Shown piece after piece: positions 1-8,996 of a DNA stretch of 64,000 nucleotides. Made by a program: the position numbers and the translations under genes. This DNA comes from a virus. The DNA is taken from IMG/VR virus record IMGVR_UViG_3300031787_000011; one strand, written 5' to 3'. How positions within the stretch are numbered: the first letter of the stretch is position 1; every line of letters starts with the position of its first letter. The notes below the pieces were generated by a model that was not told the origin of the DNA, ran no database searches, and worked only from the letters and a program-made list of their open reading frames with translations.

Positions 1-2
1 GC

Positions 3-566
3 GACTTCAAAGAATATTCTACTGAAAAGGATCTACCGGAGCCCAATGATCCAGATGCTTCTGTTCCAGATATAGAAGATGACATTAAGTGGTTAAAATC
101 TTTATATTGTTTAATTTTAAAAAGAAGCGTATCTGAAAACGACGAAGGCCTAATTCATTGGATCGAAAAAATTAAAAAAGGAATCAGCAGATCCACAATA
201 GATCAATATTTTAGAGAAATAGCTCGTAAAGAAAATCATAAAAATACTAAGTTTAAATTAGAAGATCTATTTGGAGATACTCAACCAGAAGATAGAATTT
301 TTGTTTCTATAAATTCTACTATAGAAAACATTTTCTTATCTACTAAAATAATATCTTCCATAAAAGAAAAATATCCTAAAAAGCATATCTTTGTTTCTTC
401 TAATGAGCAAAGCCAACCTATATTCTCCGGTAATACTGATATAAAAGAAGCGTTTATCCAAACAAAAGAATTCTCTGACCCAGAATTTTTGAAAAAAAAC
501 TTTTTCGAAAGCTATTGCCTAGACAATTTTTCAATCAATAATCATCATTCAGTTTTGATCCAATGA
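3..566 (+). CDS. 3' part of a probable glycosyltransferase-related protein (DUF4214-like helical motif plus degenerate GT9-like segment); truncated by window edge
   Basis: Not in the ORF track. Frame 3 is open from base 3 to TGA at 564-566, overlapping the next ATG (ATGA). It reads ...KWLKSLYCLILKRSVSENDEGLIHWIEKIKKGISRSTIDQYF... then ...ENIFLSTKIISSIKEKYPKKHIFVS..., resembling the GT9 N-terminal GD-x-x-L-x-T...LK-x-x-YP motif. Confidence 0.6.
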   Translation, partial: DFKEYSTEKDLPEPNDPDASVPDIEDDIKWLKSLYCLILKRSVSENDEGLIHWIEKIKKGISRSTIDQYFREIARKENHKNTKFKLEDLFGDTQPEDRIFVSINSTIENIFLSTKIISSIKEKYPKKHIFVSSNEQSQPIFSGNTDIKEAFIQTKEFSDPEFLKKNFFESYCLDNFSINNHHSVLIQ

Positions 567-1717
567 ATCTATTAAAATCTTTCCAATCTACAACTGGACT
601 AAAACCGGGCAAGGGATATATTTATGAAAGAATATATCCGCTTCCATTTGATAATTATATAATCTTAGACACCCAGTCGGCGGATCCGAATAAAACCTAT
701 AGCTTTTGGTTTAGAGTAATAGAATTAATTGAGCCAATTTTAGCAAAAGAAAATATCAATATAATACATTTTATAGAAGATAAGAAATATTATTTTAATC
801 ATATTTATATCGATAGCTCTGTACATTTAAGCCACAAAGCGTATCTTATAAAAAAAGCCAAATTACTCTGCGGCCCTTCAAAAATTTATTCTTTAATCGC
901 TTCTGAATACAATACAAAGCAATGTTATCTTAAATATGATTATTATTTAGACAACACCTTAGTAGAAGATGATTGCGTAATACATTCTAATTATAAAAGA
1001 AAAAACTTTGTAAATCCGACTGGCGCGCCAATAAATAATATCAGACCTGAAGAAATAGCAAAAAAAATTATAAAAATGCTATTAAATTATGAACCAGAGT
1101 TTGATAACACAATATCAATTGGCAGAGTTTACGCCACTCAAAGCATAGAAATTATTCCTGATAATGTATTTGATATAAAATCAGACGCAAAAAATGATGT
1201 AGTTATAAGAATGGATTATTTGTTTGCTGAAGATAATTTGGACAAGCAACTCCAAGTATTGCCTGCTTTTATAGTTACTAATAAGCCAATAAATAAAAAT
1301 ATTCTAATCAGAAATAGAAAAAATATTAAAAAAATATATTTCAAAATAGAAAAAAATTCTCAAGCAGACTTTGTTTCAGAGTTGGCTGAAATTGGCATCG
1401 ATTGCGATCTTATAACATCATTATCTGCGGAAGACCTAAATAAAGAAAAAATAAAATACTTAGATTTCAAAAAAATTAATAAATTAAATACTTTAGACTT
1501 AAGCTTCCTCGAAGGCCTTGATAAATCTAAAGTTTATTATAAAGCAAATAAAATTGTAGTAAAGTCTGGCAAAACATTTTGTAGTAGATGGAACGCTAAA
1601 GTATCATTGAACCATCCAAGCGTAAGAGAAGCTGAATGTGCTTTACCTCCTTATTTCGACGACGAGTTCAAGGAAGAAGCTGACTACTTTTATTTCTTGA
1701 CCAAAGAGAAATTGTAA
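563..1717 (+). CDS. GT9 (heptosyltransferase)-like protein, probably degenerate, with C-terminal extension
   Basis: KTYSFWFRVIELI, AYLIKKAKLLCGPSKIYSLIAS and INNIRPEEIAKKI align with GT9 C-lobe motifs (K.W..W, A.L.IG.DS...H.A, I.PEEV), but the DS/H residues are replaced. Confidence 0.5.
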   Translation: MNLLKSFQSTTGLKPGKGYIYERIYPLPFDNYIILDTQSADPNKTYSFWFRVIELIEPILAKENINIIHFIEDKKYYFNHIYIDSSVHLSHKAYLIKKAKLLCGPSKIYSLIASEYNTKQCYLKYDYYLDNTLVEDDCVIHSNYKRKNFVNPTGAPINNIRPEEIAKKIIKMLLNYEPEFDNTISIGRVYATQSIEIIPDNVFDIKSDAKNDVVIRMDYLFAEDNLDKQLQVLPAFIVTNKPINKNILIRNRKNIKKIYFKIEKNSQADFVSELAEIGIDCDLITSLSAEDLNKEKIKYLDFKKINKLNTLDLSFLEGLDKSKVYYKANKIVVKSGKTFCSRWNAKVSLNHPSVREAECALPPYFDDEFKEEADYFYFLTKEKL

Positions 1718-1725
1718 GCCATAAT
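1697..1725 (+). promoter_or_regulatory. Sigma70-type promoter (TTGACC-N17-CATAAT)
   Basis: TTGACC at 1697-1702, exact 17-nt spacer, CATAAT at 1720-1725; ATG at 1732 lies 7 nt downstream. Confidence 0.7.
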
Positions 1726-1731
1726 CAAGTG

Positions 1732-2424
1732 ATGAGTATTCCTCCCAAAGTTCTCAAAAGAAACGAATATGGTCTTCTTGAAGACCCTCCTATTCCATAT
1801 GTATTTAACGAAGACGGATACGTAAATTGGCGTAAAATGATTCGCCCGGAGTTTCTTGTTCCCAATAAACAAAGAACCCAAGAAACAGATATCTCAAAGC
1901 TAGAAGACAAAGATCTTTTAATTCTATTAGGTGGAATTAAAGAACTTGCCCAAATTAGAGGTTTTACATGTGTATCTTATGATGTCCCAGAGGCCGGTCC
2001 CAATTATGTAATTGCTAGTTGTTATATTAATTGGATAGGCAACTACGAAACTGCTGACAGAGAAGTGTCTTTCCAATCTATCGCAGACGCTTCACCTGAC
2101 AATACTCAAAGTTTCGCCAGAAATTATCTAGCTGCAATTGCTGAAAATAGAGCATTTGTTAGATGCGTCAGAAACTTCCTCAAGATCAACATCGTTGGTC
2201 AAGAAGAAATTGGCACAAAAGTTATCGATGAGCCAGCTCCAGAAAATCCGATGTCTCCTGCTACGGTTCTTTACAACCTCATGAAAGAGAAGAACATCTC
2301 TTTCGAGCAAATCCAAAAGAGACTAATTAAAGACAAGTACGAAAAAGCTGAAGAAATTACATCAATCAACGATCTTTCTAAGCCAAAGATTTTTGAGCTT
2401 ATCGAAAGAATTAAAAAAGCCTAA
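1732..2424 (+). CDS. Probable Rad52/Sak-like single-strand annealing (recombination) protein
   Basis: ADASPDN...LAAIAENRAFVRCVRNFLKINIVGQEEI resembles the AETRA..RA.R...I....EE motif of Rad52-fold phage SSAPs. Short helical C-terminal domain after a Pro/acidic linker. The track start is GTG 1729; ATG 1732 is preferred. Confidence 0.55.
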   Translation: MSIPPKVLKRNEYGLLEDPPIPYVFNEDGYVNWRKMIRPEFLVPNKQRTQETDISKLEDKDLLILLGGIKELAQIRGFTCVSYDVPEAGPNYVIASCYINWIGNYETADREVSFQSIADASPDNTQSFARNYLAAIAENRAFVRCVRNFLKINIVGQEEIGTKVIDEPAPENPMSPATVLYNLMKEKNISFEQIQKRLIKDKYEKAEEITSINDLSKPKIFELIERIKKA

Positions 2425-2688
2425 TTACCATCTATTAGCCGGGCAGCTTTCGTAATCGGCTTTCACTTTCATCGAAACGAAACAGCCACAAATCGTGCAT
2501 CGACCTAGATCTCTATCTAGGTCTTTGCATTTACTACATATATCTAATCTTTGTTGGGCCTTGTCTTTTTGAGAGATTATAGGCTTTCCATTAGCTATTG
2601 CTGATCCAGCCTTTACTGCGGATCCGCTTAAACTTTTTGAAACCTTTGCTGCTTCTTTAAATAAACTACTGAAGTCGTTAAAATTCAT
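2425..2688 (-). CDS. Small Cys-rich (Zn-binding) phage protein
   Basis: RLDICSKC...RCTICGCFV..K....ESCPANRW; ATGA overlap with the upstream gene. Confidence 0.75.
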   Translation of the reverse strand: MNFNDFSSLFKEAAKVSKSLSGSAVKAGSAIANGKPIISQKDKAQQRLDICSKCKDLDRDLGRCTICGCFVSMKVKADYESCPANRW

Positions 2689-5600
2689 ATCTTTATTGTT
2701 CCTGGGAACATATTCGCGTATGTAAAATCTATTAATTTAGAATAAGAGTCTCCGCATCCATAAGTACAAAATATTGCTTCTCCATTTGCTCTTCCGTTAG
2801 AAACCGACAACGCTTGAGCCGTTCCTCTTGCATTGGCTTCTATAGTTCCGCCTGCGTTATAAAATTGAAAATAAGTATTGGGAATTGTATTGGCTGTAGG
2901 CAGTAAAGTCCCTGGGGGTACATATTTTTCATAGCTATCATTATTCAATCCACGGCAGCCAATGGCCGTATATCCTCCTACGCCGATTGGCGCGTTATTA
3001 TTGACGCAAGATGTTGTTTGCTCTGTAACTATTCCCAATATTTTTCTTCTGAATGTTCTTAAATAACTTTCTTTAAATGCGCCAGCCATTAGAGGATGCA
3101 GGAAAGGTTTAAATTTTATAGTCATCGAATCCTCATAAGAAGCTTTATATATTCCTTGAGATAAACCTAAAGGATCTGATCTATCTGATTTTAATTCCAC
3201 TCTTTCTACACTTCTAGAAGCAGAAACTGCTATAGAAGAATTTATGGGTAAATAAACACTAGCTTCATTTGTCAAAGCTTGTTTTGCTCCATTCGTACTA
3301 AATGTAATTAAATTAAATTCATTATCTCCTAAAGACGACTCGTACCAAGTATTAATAGAATTCTTTTGGTCTATAGCCCAAATCATTGGCAAAATTACTC
3401 TCACTTCATTAAGATTATTTATTCCCATCACTAGCCTATTGAACATTTCTGCTCTTGGTAGCATGTTTGGCAAAGGACCAAAGCTGTATTGCCCATCTCC
3501 CCTCACCGAAAGAGGCAGCAATGTGAGCCATGGCGGAGGAGTAAATCTGCTCGTAGAAAAAACTGCCGCGCTGGCATCTGGCACAACAGTTAAATTATTT
3601 AAAGAAAATAGCTCAGGAGTCCCACCGTCAGCATTTTTTTGCTCTACGTTTGGATTTAAAGAAACTGGAGTTATAGCACTAGAATCTTTTGTTGATTCTA
3701 TTGTGCTTGGGATTGTTGAATCTTCCACTTCGCTTACGCCCGGGTCTGTATCTTCGGTATAAATTTGGCTATTTTCTAGTGGATTTGTAAATTTATCTGT
3801 ATATAATTTTGAAATTATATTCCAAGTTTCATCTAAAACACCAATAGAAGATAAATCTTTTTCTTCTTGCGTCACATCAAGATCGTAAAAAACTACAGAA
3901 TTTTCTGGATTTGACTGCTCTTCTGGAATAGAAAAATTTAAATACTCATCTAACCTAGCTTTTTGTTCTATGGAAAAAGGATTGCCATTGTTTTGCTCTA
4001 GTCTTTGCTTATCAGCATAAGCACTTGCCAGCCTTACGCCACCTTCGATAGAAGCTTTTAGATTATCTCTATCAAAAGAATTATTTTGTAAAACTAAAAC
4101 GTTTCTGTTTATATTTAAATCGTTAGCTACTATTTGATAAGAACTTTTAACAAATGGAACAAGATCTGTAAAAGTCTGCTCTCTTTTGCTCTGCAAAGTT
4201 TTAAATAAAGAATAACCATGGCCTGGATCAGTTATTTGTATTCCTACTATTTTTCCGTATTCATTTAACTTGACTACCCCTTCTGCTCTTTTACCGCCTG
4301 AAGATTCTGGAGTTAAATTAGGAGGTGGTATTTTTAAAGTCGGAGGTATTAAAAATACATCTTTAGGCACCGATGGCAAAAGAATTGAATTTACCGTGCC
4401 CTCTAATACTGGATCCTTATAAAAAACATCATATTCACATGCTAATTTATAAAGTATTTTAAAATCAAACGTCGCCGAAGATTTTCCATCTGAAGTTACA
4501 ATACTTTTGAGTTCATCATATTTATAAAAACCAGCTTCTGGAATTCTAATGCCCCTCAAAACTGGGCTATTTAAGTCTAAATTTATCTTTTTGTCTTTTT
4601 CGCTTCTTGTTTCGGCATTTAATGGCACATACTTATCGTAAGCAATGTATCTCCAGTAAGGTGGAATTAGTAATTTAGAAAAACTTAGAGACTTTGTTCT
4701 TCCGCTTGATGTACATTCTACTTCATGTTTTACTACCAGAAGTCTTAAGTTGTCATTTTTGTTATCTTCTAATTCGTCTATTCTATCAAATAAAGATCTT
4801 TGCGCTGCGATAACATCTACATCTCGCTCTATCGATAAAACAAATTTTTGAGATTTGGTAAAGAAACCAAATTTTTTGTTTTCCGCAGCCGAAGTCGCAG
4901 TTGGATCTTTTGTTATTGTTATTACTTTAGTTAAATCTACATAAGAAGCTCCACTTTTATATTGTAATTTTACCTGGAAAAGCGTTGTTTTAATTGATAT
5001 TTTATTTTCAAAAAAAGAATAGTCGAAAAAGTCATCATTTATTTTCCAGAATAAAACTATCGATTTATTAGCTAATCCTTCTTTGTTAGTTATTATGCAT
5101 GGATGTATTTCTGTAACTGAAGCTGGATAAAAATACCCCTTTGTTTCATTATTTGTTTTTGTATAATTAGACTCATAGTAGAAAAAATCATTTCCTACTC
5201 CATTCGTAAAATAATAAATTCCTATGTCTAATCCTTTAAAAACCGAAGTGTCTAAAAATCCATGCGAATAAGTGGGCTCTGCGCTTGTAACCTCATCACC
5301 TTGGATTGATTCTGTTCGATTATTCGATATTGTATAAACCTCAGAAAATTTAGTATATATTTCGTATCTTAAAGTTGCCGGATTAACTACATCTATTATA
5401 TTTGTTGATATAGAAGAATCTATTGGTCTTTGTGGTTCTGTATTATCTACGTTATCAAAGAAAAGAGTCTTTTGCTCTGTATTTTGAGGCGTAAACCTAT
5501 CAAAGCTAACCTTTATGTAAAAATCAAAATATCCTCCAGAGTCTGATCTTATTATAGACTGCTTATTAAAATTAAAAATATAGCCGCTAATTTTTCCCTT

Positions 5601-6179
5601 GCTGTCTTTTCTAGTTAAATATTTATTCTTACTTAGAATTATAGTCTTCCAATCTTCTGCGTCTTTTCTTTTGTAAAAAAGCTCTAACCCTGATAAAGCA
5701 GATATATTGAACTCTTCTGTCGGTGCTAACACTAATTGTGCATTTACTAGATCGTAAGTTTTAGGTTCTCTGGCTATTGAAAAACTTTCTATCGAACTTT
5801 CTTGCAAGTCTAAGATTGTCGAACTCGATGGGTCTACCGTAAAAGGTTCAGTGGATACTGTCCCTACAGAATTAGAAGCCGTCAATACAAATCTAGTTTT
5901 ATACACTCTATCTATCTCAAAAGACTTGAATTTTACATTTTGTACGTCAAATAATTCTGGTTCGTTTACGGGTTCTTCGTCTCCATTTTTGGTAGTAAAA
6001 AATTGCTTTGATAAAATAGCCGAAGAAGCATTTAATACTGCTATTATCAAATTAAACTTATCTAAATTGTTTTCGTATTTTTCTGCGGTTAGTGCTACTG
6101 TAGGCAAAGAAGATGTTCCCGGGTCTTCTCTATTTACAGCTATTGGATATGATTTTTGTTGTGTTAATCTTATTGGCAT
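2685..6179 (-). CDS. Large putative virion structural protein (1164 aa)
   Basis: Long ORF in the tail operon. One baseplate-type repeat (AEGVVKLNEYGKIVGIQITDPGHGY) and a Cys-containing C-terminus. Confidence 0.6.
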   Translation of the reverse strand: MPIRLTQQKSYPIAVNREDPGTSSLPTVALTAEKYENNLDKFNLIIAVLNASSAILSKQFFTTKNGDEEPVNEPELFDVQNVKFKSFEIDRVYKTRFVLTASNSVGTVSTEPFTVDPSSSTILDLQESSIESFSIAREPKTYDLVNAQLVLAPTEEFNISALSGLELFYKRKDAEDWKTIILSKNKYLTRKDSKGKISGYIFNFNKQSIIRSDSGGYFDFYIKVSFDRFTPQNTEQKTLFFDNVDNTEPQRPIDSSISTNIIDVVNPATLRYEIYTKFSEVYTISNNRTESIQGDEVTSAEPTYSHGFLDTSVFKGLDIGIYYFTNGVGNDFFYYESNYTKTNNETKGYFYPASVTEIHPCIITNKEGLANKSIVLFWKINDDFFDYSFFENKISIKTTLFQVKLQYKSGASYVDLTKVITITKDPTATSAAENKKFGFFTKSQKFVLSIERDVDVIAAQRSLFDRIDELEDNKNDNLRLLVVKHEVECTSSGRTKSLSFSKLLIPPYWRYIAYDKYVPLNAETRSEKDKKINLDLNSPVLRGIRIPEAGFYKYDELKSIVTSDGKSSATFDFKILYKLACEYDVFYKDPVLEGTVNSILLPSVPKDVFLIPPTLKIPPPNLTPESSGGKRAEGVVKLNEYGKIVGIQITDPGHGYSLFKTLQSKREQTFTDLVPFVKSSYQIVANDLNINRNVLVLQNNSFDRDNLKASIEGGVRLASAYADKQRLEQNNGNPFSIEQKARLDEYLNFSIPEEQSNPENSVVFYDLDVTQEEKDLSSIGVLDETWNIISKLYTDKFTNPLENSQIYTEDTDPGVSEVEDSTIPSTIESTKDSSAITPVSLNPNVEQKNADGGTPELFSLNNLTVVPDASAAVFSTSRFTPPPWLTLLPLSVRGDGQYSFGPLPNMLPRAEMFNRLVMGINNLNEVRVILPMIWAIDQKNSINTWYESSLGDNEFNLITFSTNGAKQALTNEASVYLPINSSIAVSASRSVERVELKSDRSDPLGLSQGIYKASYEDSMTIKFKPFLHPLMAGAFKESYLRTFRRKILGIVTEQTTSCVNNNAPIGVGGYTAIGCRGLNNDSYEKYVPPGTLLPTANTIPNTYFQFYNAGGTIEANARGTAQALSVSNGRANGEAIFCTYGCGDSYSKLIDFTYANMFPGTIKI

Positions 6180-8995
6180 TATTGTATCTCCGAGTCTATT
6201 ATTGGTTGGTATTTAGCTTGGAACACGGCATCTGTATCGTTAAAAAGAGTGCTATTTTCTATTTTAAATTTAAAAATATATTCATTCACTCTTTCTGAAA
6301 TTACACCATCTAAGTCTCTATTAGAGTCGGCTGATTCAAGCAGTAAAATTTCAGGCTTGTAGTTTGAGTTTAAATAGCTAGAATAACTTCCAACAGAAAT
6401 TACATTCCCATTGATATCTTTTAACCGCAAAAATGCCCAAAAAAATTCTCCTTTTGTTATCTCAAATATTTCTGTACTCAATTGATCATCAGAGTATAAA
6501 GCAACTTCTGCTTCTCCTATTTTAGACGGCACAGAGTATGAATTAGAAGAAGTTTGTGTGCTTTCTGCTTTAGAGGGATTGGCAGCAGATATTATATTTC
6601 TAACCGTCGCTCTAGCTCTCAGAGATGTAACTTGATTATTTATTTTTATGTTATTTATCTGCACTGATCTTTGTCTGGGTAAACCTGACGTAAAATAATA
6701 TTCTATATCATCAAACTTTTCTTTTATTAATATAGGGCCATATAATTGTTGATCATTTTGATCTATAATAGAATACTCAACTTCATCTGCATATGTATAT
6801 GTTAAAGGAAAAGATATTGATGCATTTGGATAATCAAGCTGCACCCTAGACAAAGAAAAAGCATTACAAACCGGAGGGTTAGAGGCTGAAGTATTTAAAA
6901 ATGTAAATGGAAAATCGAATGGCACCTCTCCATCTGCTAAAAACGATAAAATTATTCTATTTTCTTTGTCTAAAAGTTTAAATAAATTAGATTTGCTTAT
7001 AATGACAGAAGAAACTCCAGCGTTTAAAACCATCGGCCTTAAAGTTGGGTCATTCCCTAGCCTCAAAAACATCGAAGAATATTTAGTATTTACTAAACTA
7101 TAGGCTAATTGAAAAGTATAAGATCCACCTTCTGTAATATAATCAGAATAAACTGTATAGTTAAGCATTTGATCTTGCGACAAATCAGTAAATGTCAAAA
7201 AAGAATAAGAGTTTGAATTTTCGTCATAAATAGTTTTTGCCACGCCTCCTATTTTTACAGTCAAAGTGAAAGATGGTATTGTTATATTTCTTATCAACTC
7301 TATAGATTGTTCTTCTGTAGCATATTGATTTCTTATTATATTTGCAAAATCATAATAAAAATTGAAAGCTTTACAAAAAAATGTCCCTATTTTACCAGTC
7401 GAACTTATAGTTGTTATTTGATTTGTACCATCAGCACTATCTGTTACATTAATAGAGGTATCATTTTCTTGATTAAATCTATATACTAATCTTGTGGCAA
7501 AATCAGTTTTAATTATAATTTGTTTAGCCTCGGTATCTTCATCTATTGAAACTATTCTGGGGATCTTAACTTCTACAGGCACATCTAAAGAATAATCTGT
7601 GCCGTCTGCATCTGTTTCTAAAACTTTATATATTCTAAATCTTAATGTTATTGCTACTACTGTTCCAGAATCCGAAAGAAGCTCACCACCAGAAATTTCT
7701 TTTATGCTAAAATATTTAGATAAATCTAAAATCTGGTCTATGTAAGACACAGTTGCTGAGGCTACGCTTCCGTTATCTTTAAAAGAATAATAATTTGTTC
7801 CATCAAAATATTTTATGTATCTGAAGTTATAGCCCCATATATCTGCTTTGACTGTATTAATTGATGCAAAGTTTTTATATAGCGTTAGTATTTCATTCGC
7901 TTTTAGCGAAAAGACTGCTATTACTGTTTTTGCTGTTCCATTAATTGGGCAAATTTGCTGGTCTTCAAATATTTTTATAACCCCGTTAACATTTACAGAA
8001 ACTTCTCCCGCATTGCTTGTGCATGATATTGTGTTGTTCGGGGCTACCGAAACCGAAGAGTCGCAAATATTAACATATTCATAATTAATTTCTGTTGATA
8101 TGTTTTCTACAGTAGTGTCGTTGATCTTTTCCAATTGAAGAGAAATAGAGCCGTGGAAAACGCTTTTACTCACCCATCCATCAGAAGTAACTAAAAGGAC
8201 AAATGGATAAAAATAATCGCTTACTTTTATTGAGCATTCTGTTAATTGATCATCTAAATAATATCTTTGAGTTCCAGCATCGTAATAAAATTTATTAGAA
8301 AAATTTTCTAAATAATCGAGCGTTTTATCTTCTATTAAAATTAAATTTTTATAATAAAAAGATCCCTGCTCTTGAGATGGAACGATTTTAAAATTTAAAA
8401 TCTTACAACTGCTATAGTTGATATAAATAGTATTTACTGGTACTTTATCTATATCACTATCTAACATATTCAAAGAAAGCATTGTCGCAGAACTTCCATC
8501 TCCAGAAGGCAGCAATTTATGATACGCTTTATTTATTACAATAGCAGAATAAGAATATATATAAACTTCATACATTACCTCCTCTCCTATATTCTGAGAA
8601 TTTAGATTTCCTATTGATCTTTTTTCAATAAAATTTCCAGTATTTAATTGTACATTCGCCGCAACACCTGCTCCCCCAGCGGTTCCAGAACCTCCATTAT
8701 CACTAACGCATTTCGATTGCGCGAATTTATAACTAGCAGGCAAATAAATATCTCCTATATCTAATGCTGCGCCATTCCCGCCAAGCCCTAAAGAGTCAGA
8801 CCAAAACGAATCAGAATTAGCTCCTAATAATATATTATCAATATAATTTCTAGCAACACCTTTAATATATGTCGGGCTATTAAAAGCTTCTGATTCAGAA
8901 ATCAAATATTGATTATCAGAAAACACGGAAGCCAGAGGATTAACAGAGGCGCTATCTGTATTAAAAAAATCAGATCTTACATAAAAAGACGACAT
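6179..8995 (-). CDS. Large putative virion structural protein (938 aa, beta-rich)
   Basis: Long ORF rich in S/T/N/Y/I; stop overlaps the next start (TAATG). Confidence 0.6.
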   Translation of the reverse strand: MSSFYVRSDFFNTDSASVNPLASVFSDNQYLISESEAFNSPTYIKGVARNYIDNILLGANSDSFWSDSLGLGGNGAALDIGDIYLPASYKFAQSKCVSDNGGSGTAGGAGVAANVQLNTGNFIEKRSIGNLNSQNIGEEVMYEVYIYSYSAIVINKAYHKLLPSGDGSSATMLSLNMLDSDIDKVPVNTIYINYSSCKILNFKIVPSQEQGSFYYKNLILIEDKTLDYLENFSNKFYYDAGTQRYYLDDQLTECSIKVSDYFYPFVLLVTSDGWVSKSVFHGSISLQLEKINDTTVENISTEINYEYVNICDSSVSVAPNNTISCTSNAGEVSVNVNGVIKIFEDQQICPINGTAKTVIAVFSLKANEILTLYKNFASINTVKADIWGYNFRYIKYFDGTNYYSFKDNGSVASATVSYIDQILDLSKYFSIKEISGGELLSDSGTVVAITLRFRIYKVLETDADGTDYSLDVPVEVKIPRIVSIDEDTEAKQIIIKTDFATRLVYRFNQENDTSINVTDSADGTNQITTISSTGKIGTFFCKAFNFYYDFANIIRNQYATEEQSIELIRNITIPSFTLTVKIGGVAKTIYDENSNSYSFLTFTDLSQDQMLNYTVYSDYITEGGSYTFQLAYSLVNTKYSSMFLRLGNDPTLRPMVLNAGVSSVIISKSNLFKLLDKENRIILSFLADGEVPFDFPFTFLNTSASNPPVCNAFSLSRVQLDYPNASISFPLTYTYADEVEYSIIDQNDQQLYGPILIKEKFDDIEYYFTSGLPRQRSVQINNIKINNQVTSLRARATVRNIISAANPSKAESTQTSSNSYSVPSKIGEAEVALYSDDQLSTEIFEITKGEFFWAFLRLKDINGNVISVGSYSSYLNSNYKPEILLLESADSNRDLDGVISERVNEYIFKFKIENSTLFNDTDAVFQAKYQPIIDSEIQ

Positions 8996-8996
8996 A

